Shown: in pieces, positions 52,720 to 64,000 of the stretch
Numbering within the stretch: the first letter of the stretch is position 1
Layout of the letters: every line of letters starts with the position of its first letter
Source: Eledone cirrhosa
Taxonomy: Eukaryota
Assembly: GCA_964016885.1 (NCBI GenBank)
Contig: OZ024746.1
Coordinates: 22,754,001-22,818,000 of the forward strand
DNA length: 64,000 bases
Direction: 5' to 3'
Translations under genes and position numbers: made by a program
The notes under the pieces: generated by a model
Databases searched by the model: none
Seen by the model: only the letters and a program-made list of their open reading frames with translations
Told to the model about the DNA's origin: nothing

Positions 52720-53250
52720 TGGTGGTCGGCAAACATGATCAACTGTCCTGTATGTCTTTGATCAGATCTCCAGTCAGATTCTTAATCGAACACAGAAGTA
52801 GAAGTCAATGTCATCCCGGAATCTGCAAACGACCTCCGTTATAGAGAGGGGAGTGAGTGGCAGCTGCCAATGATTCTACAATCCAAGCTTACAGATACCG
52901 TACTCTCTCCCTCCACAGAGGCTCACAGTAATATACATGGACATTCACCGCCGCTGAAGCCCATCAGCCTATCACTGAAGCAGACTTCCTTCGGGTTCAC
53001 TCACTGCTGGACGATAATCAGGGGAGACGACTCGTCAATAGCAGTAAGTATGCCTCTGTTTCTCTGGCAACATCTGCACATGTGACTTTTCCTATATCAA
53101 ATGTCTCTGAGACCAAGAACGAGTTCTCGGAATTCCTTTTAAATTACCTGAAACTCATTATCATGACATCTCCCAATCCACAACTCCCCACAGAGTAAAG
53201 CACTACATTCCAACCACCAGTTCTCCAGTACACCACCGTGTCTGTCGGAA
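52720..53250 (+). mobile_element. Ty3/Gypsy pol remnant (protease to RT start)
   Basis: Frameshifted LYVFD..S..FLI(D)T.VEVNVIP, PITEADFLRVHSLL and VKHYIPTTSSPVHHR. Confidence 0.65.
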
Positions 53251-53289
53251 GGTAGGTCTGGCCAAAGGGTAGGTTCTCGTGAGCTTCAC

Positions 53290-54420
53290 GTTTCCTCTGA
53301 GACTAGAAAATTTGATGTTGATATTCTATGTAAATTGTTGCAAGTTGACTCCTTTTTGGAAAGAAACGGACAGAGAGAGAGAGAGAGAGGGAGGGGGGGG
53401 GGAGATCCGACATTCTGGAGAGGAAGGACTGGGTATAGGAGTTCGAGCGGGGGCATAGGGGGTTAGGTACAACCTTGGTGATGAGAAGAAGAGAGAGGGG
53501 GTGAGTTAGGTGTGCCTGAGTAGAGGTGGTATGAGCCCAGTGAGTTCCGAAGAGCAGCGACTATTGTGTGAGTAGTAGAAAGAGACAGAGAACTAGGGAG
53601 AGGGTAGGGAGAAAGAAAGAGAGGAGACAGAGGTTTAGATGGGGTGTGACATGAAACCAGAAACCTGTAAATAACAACAAAGACTATTGTGTGAGCAGTA
53701 GAAGAGACAGAGAACTAGGGAGAGGGTAGGGAGAAAGAAAGAGAGGAGACAGAGGTTTAGATGGGGGTGTGACATGAAACCAGAAACCTGTAAATAACAA
53801 CAAAGACTATTGTGTGAGCAGTAGAAGAGACAGAGAACTAGGGAGAGGGTAGGGAGAAAGAAAGAGAGGAGACAGAGGTTTAGATGGGGGTGTGACATGA
53901 AACCAGAAACCTGTAAATAACAACAAAGACTATTGTGTGAGCAGTAGAAGAGACAGAGAACTAGGGAGAGGGTAGGGAGAAAGAAAGAGAGGAGACAGAG
54001 GTTTAGATGGGGGTGTGACATGAAACCAGAAACCTGTAAATAACAACAAAGACTATTGTGTGAGCAGTAGAAGAGACAGAGAACTAGGGAGAGGGTAGGG
54101 AGAAAGAAAGAGAGGAGACAGAGGTTTAGATGGGGGTGTGACATGAAACCAGAAACCTGTAAATAACAACAAAGACTATTGTGTGAGCAGTAGAAGAGAC
54201 AGAGAACTAGGGAGAGGGTAGGGAGAAAGAAAGAGAGGAGACAGAGGTTTAGATGGGGGTGTGACATGAAACCAGAAACCTGTAAATAACAACAAAGACT
54301 ATTGTGTGAGCAGTAGAAGAGACAGAGAAAGGCAACAAGATCTGTAGGTCTGTGACTCGAGTGAAGATGACATGAGTACAGCAACCTTTCGAAGAGCAGG
54401 GCCTGTTGTAATACAGGTGA
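53290..54420 (-). mobile_element. CR1/L2-group LINE 3' fragment interrupted by a tandem array
   Basis: VAFLCLFY.SHNS|RCSSELTGLIPP...SNSYTQSFL...VNLQQF resembles the LINE ORF2 C-terminus. Confidence 0.55.
53559..54329. repeat. 123-bp tandem array, 6 copies plus 33 bp
   Basis: GACTATTGTG recurs at 53559, 53682, 53805, 53928, 54051, 54174 and 54297. Confidence 0.97.
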
Positions 54421-55062
54421 AGGAATATATGAGGAGATATCGAAACTATATAGCAAAGAGCTAAAATACGTCATTAATACTTTTAACGTAAAGACGTGAT
54501 GTTGCAAATTTCTAGTTTTCTCATATCACTTATCAGAAGTATTATTATAGTTTATTCAGCTAAAAAAAAAAAATCAGTCGATAGAATTGTGTTTGGGGCG
54601 GATAACATGTAATGGTGATAGTGAATTTACAGCAAAAAGTGTAAAGATATTAAAGCTTTGATTGGAACACCTCAACCAAGTATAACTCTGAGGCAACTAA
54701 CACCTGAACAGAGAACATTTTAGGAAATTACCTATTTACAAATAATTTGCTTGTATATTTACGTTCATGTAAGAAAACTAGTGTTTTGACATGTGTGTAC
54801 GCTGAGATTGTGAAGGCACATAGCTTAGTAGTTAGGGGGTTCGGTTCACGATTGGAAGGTCGTAAGTTCGATTCTCCGCAACGCGTTGTTTTCTTGAGCG
54901 AGGCATTTTATTACACTTGCTCAGTCCATTCTGTTGGGGGGAAAATATATGTTATACCTGTAACTCAAAGGGCCAGAGTTTTCCACATAGTGTCACGCAG
55001 AATCCCACCCCCTGGTAATTGAGTTAAGCGTACGAATTAAACTACTTATATAATAATAATAA

Positions 55063-55438
55063 TCGTTTCTACTTTTGGCACAAGGCCAGCAGTTACCCAG
55101 TGCATTACTGATACTTTATTTTATCGACCCCGTAAGGATGAAAGGCAAAGTTAACCTCGGCGGGATTTGAACTTAGAATGGCAAGGGCCGTAACTCTATG
55201 CGTTAAAGCATGGCGTCCGACCCTCTACCGATACAACCAATCCACCGCCCATAATAATTGTTTCTACGTTAGGCACAAGGCCAGCAATAACCCAGTGCAT
55301 TACTGGTACTTTATTTTATCGACCCCGTAAGGATGAAAGGCAAAGTTAACCTCGGCGGGATTTGAACTCAGAATGGCAAGGGCCGTAACTCTTTGCTGGA
55401 AAGCATGGCGTCTGACACTCTACCGATACTACCAATCC
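55063..55438 (-). mobile_element. Two tandem copies of the young SINE
   Basis: Two near-identical units of about 185 bp next to (TAA)n. Confidence 0.88.
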
Positions 55439-56174
55439 ATATAATGTACAGTGCTCAGGTGCACTACAACTGATCAAGGCGGTCTATGTCTGTAATACAA
55501 AATCCAGCCTATCCACACACAGTGTCACGCTGAAACCTTCCGAGAACTACTTTAAGGGTACAGGTTGACTATCTCTGCTATTCAAAAGATAAGTATTTTC
55601 AAAATGTATCACGTTGAATCTCCCTGAGAATTACGTTAAAGGAACTTGTATCTGCAAAATGCTCAAACAATAGCACACTAGTTTCATGAACAAGCTATTC
55701 CGTTGATCAAATAACTGAAACACTCATCGTTAGAACCGATGGAGACCCAACACACACACACACACATACACACACACACACACATAGTATAAGAATAAAG
55801 GTACGAAGAGTCAGTGTTGCATCATAACATATTTAATTACATGTTTCACTGTCGATATATATATATTGGAACTCGTCAAATCGGACGAAAGAAGCAATAT
55901 TTCCATTTGTCTAACCATCACAACGAGAAACGTAAAGTAAAGTGTCTTGCTCAAGGACATAACACATCTTCCGACCCGGAAATCGAACTCGCAACGTCAC
56001 GTTGCGAATCCAATTCTATAACCACTATAACTATATTATATGTACCTTAAAGAAACTTCTAGGAAATTACTACACCTATCCTGTAAACTCCTATTGGGCG
56101 TGTCTTGACTATTTCAAACCTGATAGGGACCACCCCTTTCCATGTTTGAACACAGTGTCGGTTTCTTCCACTGG

Positions 56175-56241
<67 letters not shown>

Positions 56242-56260
56242 TATATAAAATATATATAAA

Positions 56261-56293
<33 letters not shown>

Positions 56294-56440
56294 TATATAA
56301 AATATATATATTATATATATATATATAAATAAATATATATAAAATATATATATATAAATAAATATATATAAAATATATATAATATATATATATATAAATA
56401 AATATATATAAAATATATATAATATATATATATATAAAAT

Positions 56441-56473
<33 letters not shown>

Positions 56474-56577
56474 ATATAAATAAATATATATAAAATATAT
56501 ATAATATATATATATATAAATAAATATATATATAAATATATATATAATATATATATATATAAATAAATATATATAAA

Positions 56578-56623
<46 letters not shown>

Positions 56624-57387
56624 GAGAGGGGGGGGGGGAAGAAAAGAAGAAAGGAAAAAGAACGAAAGCGAGAGAGAGGAAATTGCTTCTTATTTTTACT
56701 AATAATTGCTTTGTGTATTTACGTTCACGTAGGGAAATTATGTTTTGCTAATTGTATATGCTATGATAGTGAAGGCACGTGGCTTAGTTGCTAGAGTGTT
56801 CAGCTCATCATCGAAAGGTCGCAAGTTCGATTTTCGTTGGTGCGTTAAGTCCTTGAGCAAGACTCTTTATTTCACGTTACTCTAGTTCACTCAGCTGCAC
56901 GTAAAGTTTACAAGCTTGCTGTTCCGTTAGAAAACAAAACAAACAAAACAAATGGAACATGTACATACACGCATGCTCACACACACACTCAAATTTACAC
57001 ATACGCTCATGCATACACAGATACACACACATACGGTGATACACATAAAAATATATAAAGCAAGATCTAGGAAATTACTGATTTACTAATAATTACCTTG
57101 TATATTTACATTCACGTAGGAACACTAGCTTTTTGCCAAGTGTGTACCTGTATATATACGAGAATATGGTAAGACTCCAGTATGTTCTAGAAAGCTTCTA
57201 CACAATTTAGCTCATCATTTCGAAAGGTGCCTGACATTAATAGCAAATAGATTAACAGCTAGAAATAAAATGTGATGCAAAAACAAACATTGGCTAACTC
57301 CGTTTAGCTTTTATAAATATTCTACTGCATGTATTTCGGAGAAAAACTATGTGATTAAAGTCTTTCACTCACAGAATCTTGTGCCCT

Positions 57388-57418
<31 letters not shown>

Positions 57419-57420
<2 letters not shown>

Positions 57421-57795
57421 TTGAATATGTGTAATAAAGCCAAAACAATGCAGGTATGGACATAGAAAAAAGAATGCAATTGTAAAAGATATTGTTGACA
57501 ATTCGTCCTTTACCTTAAATTTATTTAAATGTCCTTAATTTTCGAGATAATATCTCTTCTTCAGAGGGAAATAAAGGTCTCAAACCAGCGTTCTAAATAT
57601 CTAGCTTGGCTAGATATTTAGAACGCTGGTTTGAGACCTTTATTTCCCTCTGAAGAAGAGATATTATCTCGAAAATTAAGGACATTTAAATAAATTTAAG
57701 GTAAAGGACGAATTGTCAACAATATCTTTTACAATTGCATTCTTTTTTCTATGTCCATACCTGCATTGTTTTGGCTTTATTACACATATTCAAAC
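57419..57795. repeat. Perfect inverted repeat, 187-bp arms, 3-nt loop
   Basis: 57419-57605 is the exact reverse complement of 57609-57795, checked base by base. Confidence 0.97.
57639..57694 (+). ncRNA. Type I hammerhead motif (identical mirror copy on minus strand 57520-57575)
   Basis: UUUAUUU-c-CCU-CUGAAGA-A-GAGAU(AUU)AUCUC-GAA-AAUU-A-AGG-acauuu-AAAUAAA. Stem I has an internal loop. Confidence 0.75.
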
Positions 57796-57843
57796 GTTTA
57801 TACCTCATTACACAATGCTTCAAGTGAACTATAACCTCCTCCT

Positions 57844-57892
<49 letters not shown>

Positions 57893-57969
57893 AAAATGGA
57901 ACGGGAACAAAACAGAGAGGTAGTACAAACAAAAGTTTATTAGTTTCACGCTCTTGGGAGGGGCGACGA

Positions 57970-57999
57970 CGACGTTTCGGGCATAAGCCCTTCTTCAGG
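57970..57999 (-). ncRNA. Minimal hammerhead motif
   Basis: CUGAAGA-A-GGGC(UUAU)GCCC-GAA-ACGU-C with a GUC site. Stem I is eroded. Lies in an island (57889-58211) between (TA)n tracts. Confidence 0.65.
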
Positions 58000-58265
58000 A
58001 GAAAAGTGGGTGGGAAGAGAGTTCCGAGGGTGTGTGGGGAAGTGGTAGAGAGACATTTATTAAAAAAAGGGGGGGGCGGTGGAAGGGGTACAAATAAACA
58101 TGAAGATAAACAAGTGGTGGAAGGGTGTGGGGCGTGTAGGGGTGGTGGCGGGTGGAGTAGGGAGAGGGAGGCAGGGTGTCCGAGCGGGGAGGGCTGAAGG
58201 TGGTGTTTGGCATATATATATATGCGTGTGTGTATTATGTGTGTGTATATATATATATATGTGTA

Positions 58266-58297
<32 letters not shown>

Positions 58298-58303
58298 TGT
58301 GTG

Positions 58304-58345
<42 letters not shown>

Positions 58346-58348
<3 letters not shown>

Positions 58349-58426
58349 GGTGTCCCCCTCCAAAATGTATACACATATTTATTAGAATGCTGTTGAAGTG
58401 TGTATACATTATTTTGGGATACCCTA
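58346..58426. mobile_element. Tiny Tc1/mariner-type MITE
   Basis: GGTGTCCC..AAAATGTATACAC / GTGTATACATT..TTTTGGGATACC inverted ends within (TA)n. Confidence 0.55.
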
Positions 58427-58474
58427 CATATATATATGTATATATATATAATTCTGTGTGTTTGTTTGTGTGCG

Positions 58475-58710
58475 TGTATGTATGTGCATCAGTGTGCCTA
58501 TGTATGTGGTTAGTGGGTGAATATGTGTGTGTGTGTTTGTTTGTGTGGTGTGTATGTATGTGCATCAGTGTGCCTATGTATGTGGTTAGTGGGTGAATAT
58601 GTGTGTGTGTGTTTGTTTGTGTGGTGTGTATGTATGTGCATCAGTGTGCCTATGTATGTGGTTAGTGGGTGAATATGTGTGTGTCTGTTTGTTTGTGTGG
58701 TGTGTATGTG
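58475..58710. repeat. 72-bp tandem repeat in a TG-rich tract
   Basis: GTGCATCAGTGTGCCTATGTATGTGGTTAGTGGGTGAATATG occurs three times. Confidence 0.85.
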
Positions 58711-59154
58711 TGTATATGTGTGTGTGGTGAGCGTGCATATATGCATGTGTGTTTCTCTATTCATTTCTTAAGAAACTCTATTCTATACTTAAACTAGCTG
58801 TAAACGGTCATTTATGAAAGGCTCTATTCTGTAGACAATCTAGTTCTAGATTTAAATAGAAATCTTAAATTACGAATAAATAAATAAATAACTTCAGCGG
58901 TTTGGTTGTTTGGTTGTTTATTTTAAACAGCACGAGACTAGAATATTGAAATAGATATATAGTGAAAGACGTACCAGCAGAGGAAAACGGGCGTAAAATG
59001 ATGATAGAGTGAATTAATTGATTTCAACTTTATTGATCAGCTATTACTATCGATCTTCATCACTTCAATCACAATTCCGAGCGTAGAGAAGCAGAAGATA
59101 ATTAAATAATAGGCATTAACTGATCGTTTCCTTTTTTTGTACCGGTCTGTCATC

Positions 59155-59545
59155 AAAACCTCTGGAGTCCTTGGTTCATTGGTTATTATAAATACTTCTG
59201 GTGTCCTTGGTCCATTGGTTGTCATTGGTCCCTGGGTTGTCATAGAGACCTCTGGAGTCCTTGGACCCTTGGTTGTCGAGACCTCTGGTGTCCTTGGGGT
59301 TGTCATAGAGCCCTCTGGTGTCCTTGGTCGATGGGTTGTCATAGAGACCTCTGGCGTCCTTGGTCCCTGGGTTGTCATAGAGACCTCTGGAGTCCTTGGT
59401 CCCTGGGTTGTCGAGACCTCTGGTGTCCTTGGTCCATGGGTTGTCATAGAGACCTCTGGCGTCCTTGGTGCCTGGGTTGTCATAGAGACCTCTAGTGTCC
59501 TTGGTCCCTGGGCTGTCATCGAGACCTCTGGTGTCCTTGGTCTCT
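59155..59545. repeat. 33-36-bp minisatellite
   Basis: Unit GAGACCTCTGGTGTCCTTGGTCCCTGGGTTGTC(ATA), about 11 copies. Confidence 0.93.
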
Positions 59546-61734
59546 AGTATGCCACAGGGGAGCAAAAGTTAAATACCAGACATTGACTGTCACCATTGAG
59601 ACTCCAGGCGTCCCCAGTCTCCAGATTTTAATTCCCCCTCCCCCAAATCGGAATTTGGGGTTACCACATCTATGGAAGGAGCTTCCCAAAGTAGAAAGGT
59701 TGATACAGTAGGTGTCATTGACAGTAGGTGTCTCCATGGCAACACTTTAGCCACAGGGTGTAACTGAGATATATCAACCAGTCAACTGTGTAGTTTTCCC
59801 CCTCCTCATTTTCACCCAATACCCTTTTCTTTTCATTTTTCAAAATAATTTTTCTCTTTGTTTTCATCATTGCGATGTTGTAATTAAAACTGTGTTCAAT
59901 GCCGGTGCCCCAGTATGGTCTCAGCCCGTCGGCTGGAACACGAAATAGAAATAATTTGGTTGTAGGGAAATCAAGTGAGCCGAAATGCTATCAGTGTTTT
60001 CAGCCTTCGCTGAAAGGTGGTGCTCTATTTTCTCTAGAGAAGGCCTCAGCGTATTTCTTCTGTGTAAACAATAGGAGTACTGTGGCTGAATGGTTAAGGA
60101 GTTCGCTTCATAATCATTAGGTTTTGTAGTTCACTCCAGTGCGTGGCACCTTGGACAAGTGTCATTTGCCTTCGTTGCTGGGTTGGTAAGAAAACGATTA
60201 AGTGACCGAGAGTACAAGATTCCTCCATCACTCCGTCTCAGAACTACTCCCCTGCTGCCGCTGCTGGTGGTACTTACTTCTACACACACACACATACACA
60301 CTCATACACATATACATACGCACACATACCACTGATATACAAACTACCGGATTTAGTCGTAAGACGCCGACGTAGTGTAACTCTCTACCAAACATTAACT
60401 AGCCGTTTCCTTTTTTGAAACGGCTGCCATTGAAACCTCAATGACCTCGGGTCATAACTGCCGTTTTCCACGACCAAATCAGGAGGAGGGTATTTCATAT
60501 AAAGAAAAATGGTGGAATGCCAGTGATGCAGTAGGCATCACTGGCTGTTCACAGTAATGCGTTTGCCTTGCTGTTTGCGGGGCGCGACTGGGATATACCA
60601 ATATATACACACACACGTGTGTGTGGGGGAGGAGGGGTAACAGTGGTACAAGTTATTAACAGAGAGATATAGTATTAAGGAAAACCACGTGCATATATAA
60701 TCTATGAAACGTTGATGACGTGTTTTCTGTAGAATTATGGAATTTTCGCCATGGTACACTGTTTTACTGTTTTGTTTGTAAAATTGAAAAGATAATCATT
60801 GTGGATGACAAGAGAAAAACTATTTATAAAGGATATTAAATTAAAGTAGTCTCATAGTTACATGCCATACACAAAAGAAAATATAACAATACATATGAAA
60901 TAGTTATTTTAATACTACTATAAACAATTTAGCCTTCAAATTTTATCAAATATAATAAAAAAAAAAGCCATGCTAATGGAAATGCATTATTAGATTGCTT
61001 TTTTCTTAGAAATGTTATTTATGTAGCAATTGTTAGTTTAACGACTAATCACTGCATTGAAAGTTACCGCAAAGAAGGAAATAAGGGTTTTATGACAAAG
61101 AATAAGACTAAAAATTTCAACTGAATTGTCTTCTCCAGACAGTATTATATATCATATCATAACCTTTAATTGTAGAATCAGGTTTCGTTGTCCGACAAGC
61201 TAAAGACCGCAAGTTATTGAAATTCTGACTGTACATAAACTGCTTCCTCTGTACCTACGTGCACTCTTAACGACGCTTCAGATAGCCTTGATCTCATTCC
61301 CACCGCCAAAACTACCAGTTTCCCAGCCTGCTATGTATCATCAGCTATTAATTCTAACCAATCTTGCAACTTATTATTGCAGGAGATCTAATATGATTTA
61401 ATAAGATCGAAAGTCGCCTGTTATTTTCACCAGTTAGTTTTAAAGACAATATCCAATGTCAGCTATATCACCTTTATTATTCAAAACTTCCGATTGGCTG
61501 ACATTATTGATAATTTCTTTTTAGATTTTAAATATCCCATAGGAAACTTTGTCAATTACTTGCTTGGATAATTTGGTTAAACGAGGTTTTTCTTCTGACA
61601 TTTTTTAAAGCGAATGGACTGTATCATCTGAATGTGGACTAGAATACTTTACAATATTCTTTCTGGCTCTCTACTTTATGAGTTAAAGTCAACTGTATCT
61701 TTCATCATTTTATGGTCGATACATAAAGTAGCGT

Positions 61735-62065
61735 CGAATTGGCAGAATATTTAGAATATCGGTATAATGCTTTGCAGTATTCGTTCCGGATCTCTGCCCT
61801 CTAAGTTCAAATCCTGCCGAGGTCAACTATGCCTTTCATCCTTTCAATGTCGATAAAAAAAAGTACTAGTCTAGTACTGGGGTCGATTCTTCTTCTTAAT
61901 CTCTTTCTCACTTTATCTCTTTCATCCTCTATCCCTCTCTGGAAGAAATCTGCTATGATCAGACCCAGAAAGGAATGGGCTTCGCTAGGCTTAAAAATGC
62001 CCAAGAACCGCCGTTTACCACTACGGCGCCCCTACTACTTCCCCAGGAGTTAAGGGACCATACCA
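61735..62065 (+). mobile_element. Older, longer Nin-core SINE family
   Basis: Head AATTGGCAGA..GTTCAAATCC, the same core, then a GAGATGGGCT..TTAAAATGCCC..GGAGTTACGGGACCATA tail. Copies near 18130-18420(-), 24450-24690, 25500-25760, 33190-33490(-), 42230-42560, 42595-42880 and 47630-47850. Confidence 0.75.
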
Positions 62066-62219
62066 CACTGGTGCTAATTCTTCCAATATCCCACGTTCTG
62101 ACCCCCCCCTCTCTCTTATATATATTGATGTGGAAGCTGTCTGAGTTTAGGTTACCTTACTAGGAATCTACCCATCGCTAACTTTGTAAAAGTTATTATA
62201 TATACATAGAAACATATAA

Positions 62220-62299
<80 letters not shown>

Positions 62300-62789
62300 G
62301 TGCGTGTGTGTCATAATTCCATTACTTACCACTCACTGTACATTTGCAGATCCAAATAATCAGTAATGGGTTAAAAGTAAAGCAAGAATGTAGAGTTGTA
62401 GATTAGGTAGAAACGAAATCAATAAAATTGAATTAATCTACAATCTACAGGCCCTGTTCACACCCCTTCTCACTTTCTCTCGGAATTATATGAAGTTGTA
62501 CCTATAGCTTAAGAAACTAATTTAGAAGAGAGTCTTTTGGCTTTGCTTAATTATCTGTCAGATTTCACATTTAGAAAACCCGAAACAGTCAATTACATGA
62601 AATTATCCAGTCACAATATATCTGCCAAGCTTTATAACACTTTCAGTATTGACTGTAAACAGTTAGAAACACAGCTTGCTGTTGAACGACTAAGATGAAC
62701 AAAACCAGATAAACACAGCTAGCTGTTAAACTAAACCAGGTAAACTGTGGTAAACACAACTAGGTGTTAAATAACTAAGGTGAATAAAA

Positions 62790-63090
62790 CCATGTAGTTT
62801 TATACACCAGAACATATCAACTACATCAGTATCATTTTAGTTTTATAAGCCAGAACGTATCAACTACAACATCACCTTGTAGTCTTATAACAAAGAACTT
62901 ATCAACGTCACCATTACCAAGTGGTCTTATAAGGAAGAATGTAACAACTCCACCATTACGATGTAGTTTTATAAGTTAGAACATATTAACTACACCATTA
63001 TGATGTAGTTTTATAAGCAAGAATGTAACAACTCCACCATTACCACGTGATTTTTATAAGCAATTATGTAACAACTCCACCATTACGACA
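62790..63090. repeat. Degenerate tandem repeat of about 41-42 bp
   Basis: TGTAGTTTTATAAG..AGAA.GTA.CAACT.CACCATTAC, about 7 copies. Confidence 0.85.
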
Positions 63091-64000
63091 ATGTTAGTGT
63101 AACTGTTGTTTGATGTATTTTAATTGACTTCAGTTAAAACGAAATATTTTATATGTATTAAAATAGCGGATTAGCAGAATTGGTTGAGTGAAGAATAAAA
63201 TGTCTTGCAGCATTATATTCTGAATTCAAACCACGCCAAAGTTGATTTTGCCTTTCATCCTTCCAGTGACGATAAGATAAAATATGAGTCAAATACTGGC
63301 GTCGATATAATTGACTAAATAACTAAACACCTTCCTCAGAAATATGAAGTTGCACTCTGAGATCGACATTGCACTCTGAGATCAAATACCGCCGAAAGCG
63401 ACTTTGCCTTTCATGATTCCTGAGTTTATTGATCTAATCGATTATACTCTCTCCCAAATTTCAGGTCTTGTGCAGACGTTGTATATATGAAAACCTTCGA
63501 AAACTGTCGTACTTCCCTTTATTGTAAAGTGAATTATCGAAAAGGTCATATTATTTTTTCAATAAGACCTCCAATTTGAGATGGTGCATGGCTTAGTGGT
63601 TTGGGCGTTCAGCTGACGATCGTTAGGTGGTGAGTTCGATTCCTAGATTGAACAGTGCGATGTGTCCTTGAGAAAGACACCACGTTTCCCATTTCTCCAG
63701 TCTACTCAACTGGAAAACATGAATTGCGATGTCACTGCTGCTATGCTATATCATCTTTGCCTTGGACAACATTGATGAGGGAAGCCTGGTTTGCATGGGC
63801 AACTGCTGGAATTCCACAAAATCACCTTTCCCAGACTTGTGCCTTGAAGAATAACTTTCCATGTGTAAACCTATAGGTAACCATGACCGAAGGGAACATT
63901 TTAAGTATTCTAATCTATTTATGATCCAGCTGGAAAAAGTGAAGACACGTGGCTTAGCGGTTAGGGCGTAATGTCACATGCTAGATTCCCAGTGGTGCGT

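Noticed and set aside
63585-63660. tRNA genes at SINE heads
   Set aside because: A and B boxes are present but there is no full cloverleaf, and each continues into a SINE body.

Overview
This is AT-rich, microsatellite-saturated eukaryotic DNA. The SINE content and (TA)n/(CA)n density suggest an octopod cephalopod, which is inferred and not checked. The window holds one protein-coding gene, a minus-strand GPR137/GPR137B (TM7SF1)-family lysosomal membrane protein. I assembled it by hand from 7 coding exons (47292 to 20783): all introns are GT-AG with matching phases, giving 1260 nt and 419 aa. The rest is repeat-derived. It includes a decayed full-length DD37D (maT) transposon, several MITEs, three or more tRNA-derived SINE families, fragments of RTE, R4/Dong, CRE, CR1/L2-type and Gypsy elements, and several minisatellites. 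The most striking signal is a set of short, non-coding elements of unrelated sequence, mostly inserted in (TA)n tracts. They carry type I hammerhead-ribozyme cores with palindromic stem III and are built as fold-back palindromes, one with perfect 187-bp arms. They look like Penelope-like element termini. Almost all ORFs in the supplied track are microsatellite artefacts. All alignments and RNA folds were done by eye.
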